A stretch of DNA of 63,818 bases, counting the filler, from Octopus bimaculoides (lineage: Eukaryota): NCBI RefSeq assembly GCF_001194135.2. It is 9 parts of 9 records of this genome, joined end to end, with 100 filler letters (N's around TTAATTAATTAA, not from the genome) between each part and the next. Parts side by side here need not be neighbours in the genome. Positions count along the whole stretch, not along the records: positions 19,789 to 51,378 come from NC_068994.1; 8 more parts are not named here. One strand, written 5' to 3'. The first letter of the stretch is position 1. Each line of letters opens with the position of its first letter. The notes beneath the pieces were generated by a model. The model saw only the letters and a program-made list of their open reading frames with translations, searched no databases and was not told where the DNA came from. A program made the position numbers and the translations under genes. Of this stretch, positions 24,245 to 37,003 are shown piece by piece.

Positions 24245-24700
24245 GTGTGTGTGGCAGAGAGAAAGAGAGAAAGAAAGAGAGACAAAGAGAGAGAAGAGAG
24301 AGAGAGAAAGACAGAAAGAAAGAGAGAAAAGGAGAGGGAAGAGAGAGAGAGAGAGAGAGAGAAAAGACAGAGAGAGAAAGAAAGAACTGGCCATATTTAA
24401 TTATGGAAATGAAACAATAAACAAGACCTCGTCAAAAATCGGAGTGAAGGGACAAAAGCGGAAACGAAATAATAAGAATGGGTAATGGAGATGAATGCAA
24501 TCGGAAAGAAAGGATTAAAAATAGGAATAAACAATAAAACTATATTAAAGAATAACAATGGGAATAAAGGAATAAGAATGGGAATATAGAAATGAAAATG
24601 GCTATAAGTAAAAGGAGGAAACTGAATAACAATGGGAATATAGGAATAACAATCAGAATTAGAGGATAAAAACGTAAATAAAAAAACAAAAAACAAAAAC
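24245..24700. repeat. (GA)n-rich tract followed by a degenerate AAT/GGAAT low-complexity array
   Basis: Read directly; purine-rich strand bias. Confidence 0.85.
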
Positions 24701-25278
24701 ATCAAATAAAATCATAGTTCTTAAATTAAAAGGGGTCTGATTGGTAAAATCGCTCAAGTGTTGGTAGGCGTCTTCTATCTGTTCCGAGTGTTGGAGATAT
24801 GAGCTCAAATCCCGCTGTGGTTAACTTTGCTTTTCATATTGCTTTCAAATTTTGGCTCATAATCGTCACACACACACACACGCACACACACACACACACA
24901 CACGCACACACGCACGCACGAATAAATGATTATTGCTTTGTCAGTACACCTATTGCTCTCTTCTCCATCAAAATTTAAGCTTATCACGTTTAACGTAATT
25001 TCTATTAAAATCTTACAAATTAATCTATGCGTCGTTTAAAATGTTTAATTTGGGAATAGACGAGAGGTGATTATGAAATTTGCTGAGTGGTGAATAAGAT
25101 GCGTTAAAAGGATCTTTGTGCATGCTAGAAAATGAACCCTACTAAAGCCATCTAAGAACCATGTAGTGGATCTGAATCGAGTTGCACGACAGGGCAGCAC
25201 AGCCATCTAACACATACATAAATAGATACGAACATGTATACGTACGTACATACATGTATACATACATACCTACATACA

Positions 25279-25311
<33 letters not shown>

Positions 25312-25419
25312 GTGTGGGTGATGATTGCTCCATCTCGTTAGGTGATAGCCGTCTCAAATTCGATAGTTAGATATCTGTATATCATCGGATTTATGTGACA
25401 AAACCTTGTACAACACTTT

Positions 25420-25740
25420 TGTCTCCCTCTCGGTCGCCATAGTAAGTTCCAGTGACAAGCATTGGCAAGATGACTGGTGCTATTTCGACAACAAGTTTTA
25501 TGTAAGACTAGCTTTCTACGAGAAGAGACGACTTCGCTACGACTTTGTCGAAAATAGCGGGATCCTCCTCTACCCCTCGGAAATCTACTGAACCCATACA
25601 TGAGACACTGACTGGGTGAACCGGGTCAGAACGGATCTGTGAGGAGCTGATTGAAGGGTGACACCGTGCTCTCCACAACTCCTCCGGAATGCCCGATCTG
25701 GCGCGTCATCACCAGATGCAGTTAAGTGTCATACCCTACG
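25420..25740 (+). mobile_element. Possible RTE-type LINE 3' end, decayed
   Basis: KRRLRY...LLYP (cf. RRLRFAGH..LL.W.P) and an RTE-like 3'UTR CTGGCGCGTCATCACCAGATGCAGTTAAGTGTCATACCC ending in (TCTA)n. Confidence 0.4.
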
Positions 25741-25744
25741 TCTG

Positions 25745-25779
<35 letters not shown>

Positions 25780-25909
25780 GTCTATCTATCTATCTATCTA
25801 TCTATCTCTATAAATATATATTTATATATATATCTATCTATGTAGCTATATATGAATGTTTTGGGTAATACAGTTCTATATTTAAGAGATGAGGAATTAT
25901 GTAAATTTT

Positions 25910-26043
25910 TTACATTTGACGGATATCTGTTTATACAACGTTTCGGCTGATATACCCTCCAGCAGATGAAGGCTAGAGGGTATATCAGCTGAAACGCTGT
26001 GTAAACAACAAACAAAATGAGGATAAATATCCGTCAAATGTAA
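25910..26043. repeat. 134-bp nested inverted repeat (PLE-end derived, hammerhead-like core)
   Basis: Outer arms 25910-25926 and 26027-26043 are 17/17 complementary; inner arms 25928-25959 and 25976-26007 are 29/32; 16-nt loop. Confidence 0.9.
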
Positions 26044-26058
26044 ATAATGTAAATAATG

Positions 26059-26370
26059 TATTGGGTCATCCCATAAATAATGCGGTATTTTTATACTCAT
26101 TTTATTTTTCAAAATTAAGATAAAGTTCTTTTTTAATCTAAAACATACTCTCCTTCATTTTCAATGCTATTCCATCTATATGGTAGACTTGCAAGGCCCA
26201 TCTTTCAAAATTCACTTATCCGTAACGAAAAGTACTCCTCCAGTACTGCTCTGATCTCGACTACAGATGAAACCAAAGATGGTCGTCTTTCTTCTAGTGC
26301 TGACTTAAGCCGCTCAAGCTGCTCGCAGTAGATCTCTTTGTTATAGTTTGGTTTGGGTTTAAAAGTTCAC
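26059..26370 (-). mobile_element. Internally deleted mariner (TIR + transposase C-terminal pieces)
   Basis: TIR TATTGGGTCATCCCATAAATAATGCGGTATTTT. Minus strand reads YCEQLERLKSALEERRP and VEIRAVLEEYFSLRISEF..GLASLPYRW. Confidence 0.75.
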
Positions 26371-27173
26371 TTTATTTTAACAAATCGTGTCGACCAGTTT
26401 GTCCTATATAAGGGGAGAGGCAAAAGAAAGCACAGGATGCATCGGGCTTCAATCATAGTTTACGTCAATTAGATTTACATTCGCAAGGCATTGGTCGTTG
26501 GTTCGGTGCAATAGCAGAGCAGTGGGACTGGGTTCGAAACATCGTAGTTGCAAAATGAGGTTCTTAACTACTCAGTCATACCAGTGCCTTTTATTCAAAC
26601 AACAACAACAACAAAATATACAATGGTAGGCAGGTTCATAGACATACTGTACAGCACACCTTGGAGGCTGAAATTCGAACCATCGAAATGTCGGCAAATT
26701 TCTCACCCCCACACACACGCATACACGTACACACACACACACGCACACACACGCATGCACGCACGCACGCACACACGCACGCACGCACGCACACAAACAA
26801 ACAAACAAAACAACAGATCACCGATTCGAGAAGGCAGTGTAGAAATGGAAGTTTATTTTCTCACCAAAATATAAAAAAACAAAACAATTAATAAATTACT
26901 AACAAGAACAACAACACCAAAAAAAAACCAACATAAAAACACAAAAACCACCATCAAATCAATTGTACTTCCTGTGAACAGGCCATCTTGATTTCGTCTT
27001 TAGAATTCACAAAAGCACAATTATTGCATGGAAATCAAATGGAAATCCAAATCCGAATCCATAAAAATGGAAAACTTTAATCCTTGAATTGATGTCATCG
27101 AACTACCTTGGGATTTTCGGTAACAGCCATTTCTTTCCGACTGCATTATTTGTAGTGGATGATTTGTTGATCA

Positions 27174-27238
<65 letters not shown>

Positions 27239-27379
27239 TTAATTAATTAATTTATTTGTTTATTTAAAGGGATATGTTATATTTTAGCGTGTTGTTGACG
27301 TTGCTTTGCTTATCTATTTTTGTTTGTTTGTTTGTTTGTACAGAATCAATTTTTTCTTAATGTAGTATTTGCTGCACAT

Positions 27380-27442
27380 TTAACAACAATAGCGGCAGTA
27401 GCAACAGCAGCAGCAGCAGCAGCAACAACAACAACAACAGCA

Positions 27443-27499
<57 letters not shown>

Positions 27500-27596
27500 G
27501 AAGTTATTGTAATGATTGTTGCTGTTGATTTTTATTGTTGATACTGCTGATGGTTGAGTTAATGTACTTCTACTTCCGATTATTATCATTATCATT

Positions 27597-27688
<92 letters not shown>

Positions 27689-27690
27689 AT
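27380..27690. repeat. Compound trinucleotide microsatellite (GCA/ACA/ACT ... TCA/TTA)
   Basis: Read directly. Confidence 0.95.
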
Positions 27691-28185
27691 ATAACATTTT
27701 CAGTCAGAATTGATCTTATTCCTGATAGAATTTATGTGGACAGCGGCTTATTCCTTGTAACCTTAGATATCAATATAATTTCAATAAACTCAAACACTTC
27801 TGATGTCCTTTCCTGTTCTTAAGAGGCAAACCTTCTGTTCCAACCTCTTTTAACAATTTGTCTGCTTCACCACTCACAGTCTCTAATGCACCAAGTATCA
27901 GAGATATAATCATGTTTCATGTTCCACATCCTTGCAATCTCCAATTTTAAGGGGTTGTAGTTTTTTAAAGTTTCATCTGCTTTCTTCACAATCCTGGTAT
28001 AAAATGGACGTGATGGATCAATCAGTATGCAAATTAGATTTTCCACGTCCTCCACTATAATATCTGGTTTCTTATGTTCCATCATCTTATCCCCATGAAC
28101 AAGAAAATTCCACATATCCCATATCTTTTGACAAAACTTCCGGTGAAAAACTTTCACAACTTCACCAATGCATGATCTTGAGGCT
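27690..28185 (-). mobile_element. R4/Dong restriction-like endonuclease 3' end
   Basis: WNFLVHGDKMMEHKKPDIIVED...LIDPSRPFYTRI...YNPLKLEIARMWNMK; the 3' end abuts (TAA)n(TGA)n. Confidence 0.8.
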
Positions 28186-29454
28186 TTTTATTTCTTTTTT
28201 CAATTGATCCTCTATCAATAGGGCAGGTTGATTTCCTACACTTTTGTAGTTAATTACATTGGACTAATAGAGATATTGAGGGCTTAATGTGATAATAGCT
28301 GGAAAAAAAATTCATCTCCCTATCTTTAACCGTTCTTTGAGGAAACTTTCAAAAAACCTCAAAATATTGTAACCATAAAGCACCGCATTTTCACCATTTT
28401 CGGTCGAAAAATAAGCGTGTTATTGTCATTTGAAAAATCCACAAAAATGTTGCGTCTTTATTGAAAACGAGTAAAAACATGTACAAACTCTACAGAGTCA
28501 AATAAGACAAATTCAGATTCAAAAATCGTCAAAACATACGTACATATATATGTGTGTGTATGCGTTTATGTATTGCGTGTATATANNNNNNNNNNNNNNN
28601 NNNNNNNNNNNNNNNNNNNNNNNNNNNNNNNNNNNNNNNNNNNNNNNNNNNNNNNNNNNNNNNNNNNNNNNNNNNNNNNNNNNNNNNNNNNNNNNNNNNN
28701 NNNNNNNNNNNNNNNNNNNNNNNNNNNNNNNNNNNNNNNNNNNNNNNNNNNNNNNNNNNNNNNNNNNNNNNNNNNNNNNNNNNNNNNNNNNNNNNNNNNN
28801 NNNNNNNNNNNNNNNNNNNNNNNNNNNNNNNNNNNNNNNNNNNNNNNNNNNNNNNNNNNNNNNNNNNNNNNNNNNNNNNNNNNNNNNNNNNNNNNNNNNN
28901 NNNNNNNNNNNNNNNNNNNNNNNNNNNNNNNNNNNNNNNNNNNNNNNNNNNNNNNNNNNNNNNNNNNNNNNNNNNNNNNNNNNNNNNNNNNNNNNNNNNN
29001 NNNNNNNNNNNNNNNNNNNNNNNNNNNNNNNNNNNNNNNNNNNNNNNNNNNNNNNNNNNNNNNNNNNNNNNNNNNNNNNNNNNNNNNNNNNNNNNNNNNN
29101 NNNNNNNNNNNNNNNNNNNNNNNNNNNNNNNNNNNNNNNNNNNNNNNNNNNNNNNNNNNNNNNNNNNNNNNNNNNNNNNNNNNNNNNNNNNNNNNNNNNN
29201 NNNNNNNNNNNNNNNNNNNNNNNNNNNNNNNNNNNNNNNNNNNNNNNNNNNNNNNNNNNNNNNNNNNNNNNNNNNNNNNNNNNNNNNNNNNNNNNNNNNN
29301 NNNNNNNNNNNNNNNNNNNNNNNNNNNNNNNNNNNNNNNNNNNNNNNNNNNNNNNNNNNNNNNNNNNNNNNNNNNNNNNNNNNNNNNNNNNNNNTATATA
29401 TATATATATATACGTGCAGACACGCACACTCACACACAAACACTCCCACATGTG

Positions 29455-29523
<69 letters not shown>

Positions 29524-29779
29524 TGATTGATAAATAGATAGATGCATACATATATAGAGCGGTACAGTTGATAGGTAGGTAGGTGGATATGCAAAAATAA
29601 CCTCAGATACAATGACAGATATAGCAAAAGATATTCTACGTATAAGCTAGAAATAGATTAATAATGATCGAAGTAGATAAAAATACATATGAAGATAAGT
29701 ATAGAAATATAATGTATACATATATGAGAAAATATAGATTGATAGGTAGATAAACAGATAAACAGACAGACATATAGAC

Positions 29780-29817
<38 letters not shown>

Positions 29818-30877
29818 TTAGATAGAAAGCTACACCCTCGCCATCTACCCTTACCAGAAATATTCGTTCTAATGATAAAATTACGAGAAATCTTCATCTA
29901 AAATGGCTGCCCTACAACAATGCTAATGAAATTCAGGACATTTGCGTTTGACGCTTTTCAGTGATTAAGTTTTAAAATATCTCTGCCTCACATCTGCCAT
30001 AACAGCTAATGGGTGGATGAAGTGGTGATTATTGTGAGAGGCAGGTTGGTGATGGGGAAACCGGTTAAAGATCAATCCCTTGGGTTTTCACACGAGATAA
30101 AACCCATTTATTATATTTTATTAATTTTCAAATTACATTGGTTTTATGTTCTGTTCTTAATTTGCGCAAGCAAGACACATACACCTCCAGATTCATCTAT
30201 GCACATACTCACGCATTGATGGATAGATGCGTATTTATGCAAACAAATCTTCATGTGTATATATAGATGATACATGCATGCGTATACATATAAACTTTCA
30301 GACATATAAACAAGCGAACGTTTCATTCATACGCGCACACGTATACATACGGTCATGTGTAATAAAGTATACTATTTCGATAATTTTTAGCTATTTCTTA
30401 CTGGATCCATCAATCCAATCACTTAACCATACATACATACATACATACATACATACATACATACTTATATATGTAATATATATGACTATTTATACATTTA
30501 TATTTTTACACATATCTACAGATATAAATGAATATATATATATATATATATATATACACATGTTTCCTTATATATGTGCGTGTGTGTGAATATATTCATA
30601 TATGCGCGTGTATATATATGCGCGTGTATATATGCGCGTGTATATATGCGCGTGTATATATGCGTGTGTATATATGTGTGTGTGTGTGTGTTTGTATATC
30701 TATATTGCATATTTAAGTAGAAATATATATGCATACACATTGAAGTTAATATACATCTTATCCCTCTAACTTCTCTCAATTTCACATTTCTCTATTTTCC
30801 TCCTCCTACTCTCACTTACTGCTCTCCCAGTCCCCCCGTCTCTCTATCTCTGTATCTCTCTCTGTCTTTGTTTCTCC

Positions 30878-30929
<52 letters not shown>

Positions 30930-31363
30930 NNNNNNNNNNNNNNNNNNNNNNNNNNNNNNNNNNNNNNNNNNNNNNNNNNNNNNNNNNNNNNNNNNNNNNN
31001 NNNNNNNNNNNNNNNNNNNNNNNNNNNNNNNNNNNNNNNNNNNNNNNNNNNNNNNNNNNNNNNNNNNNNNNNNNNNNNNNNNNNNNNNNNNNNNNNNNNN
31101 NNNNNNNNNNNNNNNNNNNNNNNNNNNNNNNNNNNNNNNNNNNNNNNNNNNNNNNNNNNNNNNNNNNNNNNNNNNNNNNNNNNNNNNNNNNNNNNNNNNN
31201 NNNNNNNNNNNNNNNNNNNNNNNNNNNNNNNNNNNNNNNNNNNNNNNNNNNCAGCAACTAAGACAACAAAAGCACCACCAACATCATCACCATGAACAGC
31301 ACCACCAGCACCACCAGCAGTAACAACAGTAACAACAACAACAACAGCAGCAGCAGCAGCAGC

Positions 31364-31394
<31 letters not shown>

Positions 31395-32189
31395 CCACCA
31401 GCAGAACAGTCACTATGGAACTTGACAATGTTCTGGTGAACGGCAAAGAGGCATTTGACCTTCTTTTATAATTTTTATAAATAAATTTTCTGTTCACATT
31501 TTCAGTTTTGTCTGTGGAGGCCGGGGATGGAACGGAACAACTGACATGAATTTCAAATATACTTTTGGGTTTAAGGATTCAAGGATTTGATGGACATTAT
31601 GTTACTTTCTGTTTTTGTCCCATTTTCTTTTTAGCGTTATATTTTCATTACTCGATAATTATTAATTTTTGATAATGCTATTAATTTATGGGTGGTGATA
31701 ATACTGTTTTCCAGAATGCTACTATTTTATTTTTCGTTATTTGCAACAAAAAACAAACCAAAAATATTGTGAGTTGGTAGCGATTTTTTTTTTTGTTTTT
31801 TTCCCCATATTATTTTTCTGTATCTTCCATTTTGCCTTTAATTTTGACTTTGGATAATGTTATTTTTTTATATTATAATTGATGATAATGCTATTTTTGA
31901 CAATTCCGATTATTTCCTTTTTTTTCTAGAATAACATTTTATTTTCTTATTTTCTAATTTTCTACTCCTTTAGAGTAAAACGAATGTTGTTTCTGTGGAA
32001 TTGGAAACAGAAGCCAAATGATCAATTTGTAATTAGGATTGTGATGTTATTTTTGTTTTCTATTTAATGTTTGTCAATGTCGCATAATGAATGAAGCGAC
32101 TACATACCACAAAGTATTCTTTATGATGTTCTTACAGATACCGAAACTCCACAGTTCTTTATGCTTTTGTTCTTGTTCATGTGCTTGTT

Positions 32190-32225
<36 letters not shown>

Positions 32226-32228
32226 TTA

Positions 32229-32443
32229 ATGGTTTCGAATTTTGGCACAAGGCCAGTAATTTCGGGGGAGGGGTATAGTCGATTACATCGATCTCAGTAT
32301 TCAACTAGTACTTATTTTATTGACCCCGAAACGATGAAAGGCAAAGTCAACCTTGGCGGAATTTGAACTCAGAACGTGAAGACGGACGAAATGCAGCTAA
32401 TCATTTTGCCCAGCGTGCTAACGATTCTGTCAGCTCGTCGCCT

Positions 32444-32491
<48 letters not shown>

Positions 32492-32915
32492 CAAAAAGCT
32501 TGCCGCCTTGACCATAAGGATAATAATCATTTCTACTAAAGGCACAAGGCCGGAGATTTTGAGGGAGGCGACTAGTATTTCGCAGGTACTTAATTTCATC
32601 AACCCCTAAAGGATGAAAGGTAAAGTTGACCTCGGTAGAATTTGAACTCAGACGGTAACTATGGACGAAATGTAGCTAAGCACTTTGCTCGGCGTGCTAA
32701 CGACACCGCCAGTTCGCCGTCTTAACAATAATGACAATAATGGTTTCTGTTTTGGGAAAAAGACCGAAAATTTTGAGAAGCGGGGCTTAATCGATTCCAT
32801 CGATCTCAGCACTTGACTGCCATTTTATTTCGCCGACACCGGAGGGACGAAAGGCAAATTTGAACTCCAGATGTAAACAAACTTAACTAAATATCCCAAG
32901 GTATTTTGTCTGATG
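32229..32915 (-). mobile_element. Three tandem Nin-core SINEs (32229-32443, 32527-32723, 32741-32915) with (TAC)n/(TAA)n spacers
   Basis: Three repeats of GGCACAAGG/GGAAAAAGA...CGAT...GA(T/C)GAAAGG(C/T)AAA...TTTGAACTC. Confidence 0.85.
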
Positions 32916-33352
32916 AATAATAAAACAAAAGCAATATGAATCAACCTCATGACTATCTCATGGCCTCCGAGTGATTATTACATATAAAGTATATTTGTTT
33001 ATAGAGAGAAGCAGCGAGCTTTTGGGACAAACAAAACAAAATGAAACGGTCCCCGAACACCAGTTTCAGTGGATGGGGTGGCGGCGGTTTAGTATCACAG
33101 AATGCTGCTAACCAAACCGAAAATTACGCAACAACAACAATTAAAAAAACAAACAAATGACATCGAAATGCTGACAAATTTTGTGTGTTGTTTGGTTTGT
33201 GTAATTTATTGATGTTTACTTCATATAATTAATGCATTAAAAATATTGATAGAGGTTAGTGAGCTGATGGTTCATGTAAACAAACTACCGGAAGACACCA
33301 GACCGATTCCGTAATTTGCCTTGAAAAACAAATCTAATGACAAAAACACGTA

Positions 33353-33480
33353 GACATGGCTGTGAAATGAAATATCTTGTTTCTCACCCTCGTGATTTTG
33401 AGTTCAGTCTCACTTCGCGGCATTTTGGATGCCTTCTACTATAGCCTCGGACCGACCAATGACTTCTGAAATGTTAAGTC
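33353..33480 (+). mobile_element. Degenerate CORE-type SINE head (family B)
   Basis: ACATGGCTGTG...GAGTTCAGTCTCACTTCGCGGCATTTTGG..GCCTTCTACTATAGCCTCGG.CCGACCAA. Confidence 0.65.
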
Positions 33481-34484
33481 GACTGATGTTAGACTTGAAC
33501 TCAAAACGATTTAACCAAATACGTAAAGATATGTTGTTCAGCGCCCCATAAATTCTCTTATGTACAGCCATTGATATATTCTGCTAACTATATTTTTTTA
33601 AAGTTTTCGCTTTCATATTATTTGGACAAAAAATTCTGAAAAGATATTTCATTTTGAATTAAACTTAGAATCTTCAAAGACATTTCGAATAAAATAAAAG
33701 AAACGGCAGTAACAAAACCAAGTATAACGGAATATTGAATAACAAAGGAAATTGTTAATTTTTCATTCACATCAGGTGATATATCGAACTTCTCCCGTTT
33801 CTTTTTATATTGTTAGCTGCTGCTTTTTCATTTGTCTTCCTTGTTTTTGCCATCTTTTGTCACAAAGTTATCAAACGATAGTTCGCATTTTTCTCTGCCT
33901 TCATTTCCATTCGCTCGCATATATGTACACACACACACATATCTAAAGATGCATATAAAACATAAAACTATTGACACGAACGCACATTATAAATAGAAGA
34001 AAAAGAGAGAGAAAGTGTAAAAGACAGAGGTTGAGGTAGAAAGCGAGAGTAGAGCGAGAAAGAAAGAAGGAAAGAATGAAAAAAGGAAGAAGAATAATGG
34101 CAAAAAAAAAAAAAATAATAATTTGAAACTATGTCGACGGAAATTTACATCACTTGAAAAAGAATGTGAATGGTTCGTATAAAACTATGTAGTGAGCTGA
34201 AGTGGTCGATTGCTCTCAGTCTTATACACTGCTTGCAGTCCTGTAACATGCTACATTTGCAACATGCTACATTTTCAGGCTGCTCTACATTTACATCCAA
34301 CGATACACGCATCTTAGAGCCTAAACACGCAACATAATTTTACACTTGAATTCCTTCAGCATCAAATCATTGAGCTTGTAGACTGCAACCGCTTCAACAT
34401 AATATGCTTGCAACCCACTTACACATCGCAGTCATCTATATTTATTACCAACAATGCTTGCAAATTATTGCAATTACCATTCGC

Positions 34485-34710
34485 TACATGGGCCCGGTTT
34501 CCTGGTTTCAATGGCGTATGTATTCCCCAGCCGGACGGGACGCCAGTCCATCGCAGCGTTACTCATTTTCCCCCAGCTGAGTGGACTAGAGCAACGTGAA
34601 ATGAAGTGTTTTGTTCAAGAATACAACGTGTCGCCCGGACCAGGAATCGAAACCACAATCTTACGATCATGATGCTGACACCCTAACCACTAGGCCACGC
34701 GCCTCCACTA
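34485..34710 (-). mobile_element. tRNA-derived SINE (family D, CORE-like centre)
   Basis: Reverse complement: GTGGAGGCGCGTGGCCTAGTGGTTAGGGTG...GGTTTCGATTCC...TTGAACAAAACACTTCATTTCACGTTGCTCTAGTCCACTCAGCTG. Confidence 0.85.
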
Positions 34711-35430
34711 GACTCCTTCATATAATCACTTATTCTTTTTTTTTTTTACAGAAATAGTAACTAAATCTCCCTTCCTTAAATCATACCCTACCATCTTAGT
34801 AAAGATATGTTAGATAAAGTGGTGTTAGGTCATTTGTATATAAGAAAAAACAACATGAGGGTCTCGGCTGTTTCTCTTCTGATCATAAGTATGCTCAATC
34901 CGGATTGACCCAGTGTTAATTAACAACTACTTTATTTGGCAAGAAACCCTGCAAACCTTTACACTTACAGGATACTGCACTTGCAGTCCAATGCATTTGG
35001 TGTCTATTTCATTTGCAAACCATTGTATTTGCAGTTTACTTCATATACAGCCCGCTACACAAGCATCGCACTGCACACAGAACCTAATCTACTTTACATA
35101 ATGATATCTTAACAGCCGTGGAAAGATGTCCTTGGAGAAGGAGAGAATGAACAGATATTTATATATATATATATATCAAGGAATGTATGGCTATAAAGAA
35201 CAGCTATTGGTAATCCTAAGTGGGTATTGAATTTTGCAACCAGAGAAATACTCTCTAACAGTTCACCACATTACTGGTTATTTGCAGAGATGTCACATAA
35301 TATTCTCTGTGACAAATGTACAGAATATCATCAGCAATGTAATATAGAGAGATGAAAAATCACCATCCATTTTTGCCAAAGAGGAAACCGCAGTGTAGTC
35401 GAACCGCTGCACAGTCAAATTGTCCGCAAA

Positions 35431-35483
<53 letters not shown>

Positions 35484-35559
35484 TGCACACACACATACAT
35501 ACACACACATTATGGCATTAAATAAAGAAGTAAATACTAAGAATGTCCATGATACACAC

Positions 35560-36260
35560 AAAAAAAGAAAAAAAAAAGAAAGAAGTCAAGATGTGAACTC
35601 CGCCCTTATCGTTTTCACTGTAAAACTACACTACCTACTGAAAATAACAGTAAAATTCTCTCTGTCGAAATACTTCATACTGCCTGAAAGAAAAGGATAC
35701 ATTAGATTCGGTAGCTCTATATGCTCCCGAAAAGACTTGAATATTGCTTGTCATAGGTCTAATAGATATCAAGGTTGAGCTATGGATAAAAGATATCGAA
35801 AACCATTATAAGCGCTTTTAAGGATTGCTGTGTTTTAAGCAGAACCACTCATACGAGTCTCCTAAGTAGAAGTAGATGAAGCTGATGGTAAGGATACATA
35901 TGTTGAGATGAAGATATGTATCTTGACCTTTACTACAAAATCAGATTAATACTTAATACTGAACTCAATGTCAGAAATAAGATAATAGGTATAAATAAAT
36001 TAGTCAACCAGGTAACGTGAACTGTATTTTCAGCATGATAAATTGGAAGCTGAGTGACCTGATGAATCTTGACAGGGAGGGAGATGTACAAAACTACTCA
36101 CTACTTAATGCTCTGATCTGATAAAGAGGAAGTATAGTTAACCCACACACATACAGAGCAACAGTCTTGATACAAATAAAGAAGCAATATGAAGTAACGA
36201 GTTCGTCTTGAAAAATATTAGAAGCAAAATCAAAACCAGACTGATTTGATTTATTTGATA
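35560..36260 (+). mobile_element. Possible highly decayed PLE endonuclease region
   Basis: Scattered PLE-like words (SICSRK.LNIACH, YVEM, INWKL, NEFV); no continuous frame. Confidence 0.25.
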
Positions 36261-36699
36261 AAGAAACAGAGCAAAACAAAAGTATTTCTCTTTATTGAAT
36301 AAAAGAATGAAGTACATACAGCGTTGAGTGAAGAAGTAAAACATAATAAACAATAAGAAACATACAAAAGGAAATATTAAAGGAAAAAATGTTAAGTAAA
36401 ACATCTTCATAGTCAGCAACTACGGAGAATGAAAACAATATAATCTATACTGATCAATGCGAAATGTACATGTTTACATGGTTTCCTGCTTTATAGACTA
36501 AGTCTCCTGGTGGTCCTTCCATGCAAATGGTATATATTTGGGATCACAGTAACTCCAGGATTGTTTCTATGCTACCTTGGTCTACTGGGCGGCGGCACAA
36601 ATTCAGACCACAGTATACTACATGTAGTTCTTACGACCAGCAAAATGCGAACAAAGAAGCTTTACAAAGAAGCAGAAGTATAAAAACTGGCTCTCCGTC

Positions 36700-37003
36700 G
36701 TCTAAGACGACGAGTATTCCAGTTGATCCGATCAGCAGAACATCTTGCTCGGAAAGTTAACGTGCAAGTGACTGAGCACTTCACAGACAGGCGTGGCCTT
36801 AACGTAGTTCTGAGGGACTTTCAGCGTGACAGAGAATGTCACATGACTGGCCCTTTGAAATACAGGCACTACACATTTTTGGCAGGTGACTGGACTAGAC
36901 CAACGTGAAATAAAGTGTCTTGATCAAGAACACAACGCCTCGCCGGAAATCGAGCTCACGACCTTGAGCCGAATATCCTAACCACTAAACCACGAACCTT
37001 CAC
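36700..37003 (-). mobile_element. SINE with family D head and family C tail
   Basis: CCAGTTGATCCGATCAGCAGAAC (C tail) is contiguous with GACTAGACCAACGTGAAATAAAGTGTCTTGATCAAG...CCTAACCACTAAACCACG (D head). Confidence 0.75.

Noticed and set aside
27320-27822. Homopolymeric ORFs (poly-T/I/L/S/C, HTHT, YIYI, ERER) throughout the window
   Set aside because: Translations of microsatellites, open in several frames and on both strands; no domain content.
28519-29551. ORFs of 200-350 aa made of X (also 5216-6312, 40639-41368, 57702-58735)
   Set aside because: They are read-through of N gaps.
32229-32915. CRISPR-like repeat-spacer periodicity
   Set aside because: The units are roughly 200-bp SINEs and the spacers are microsatellites; eukaryotic context, no cas genes.
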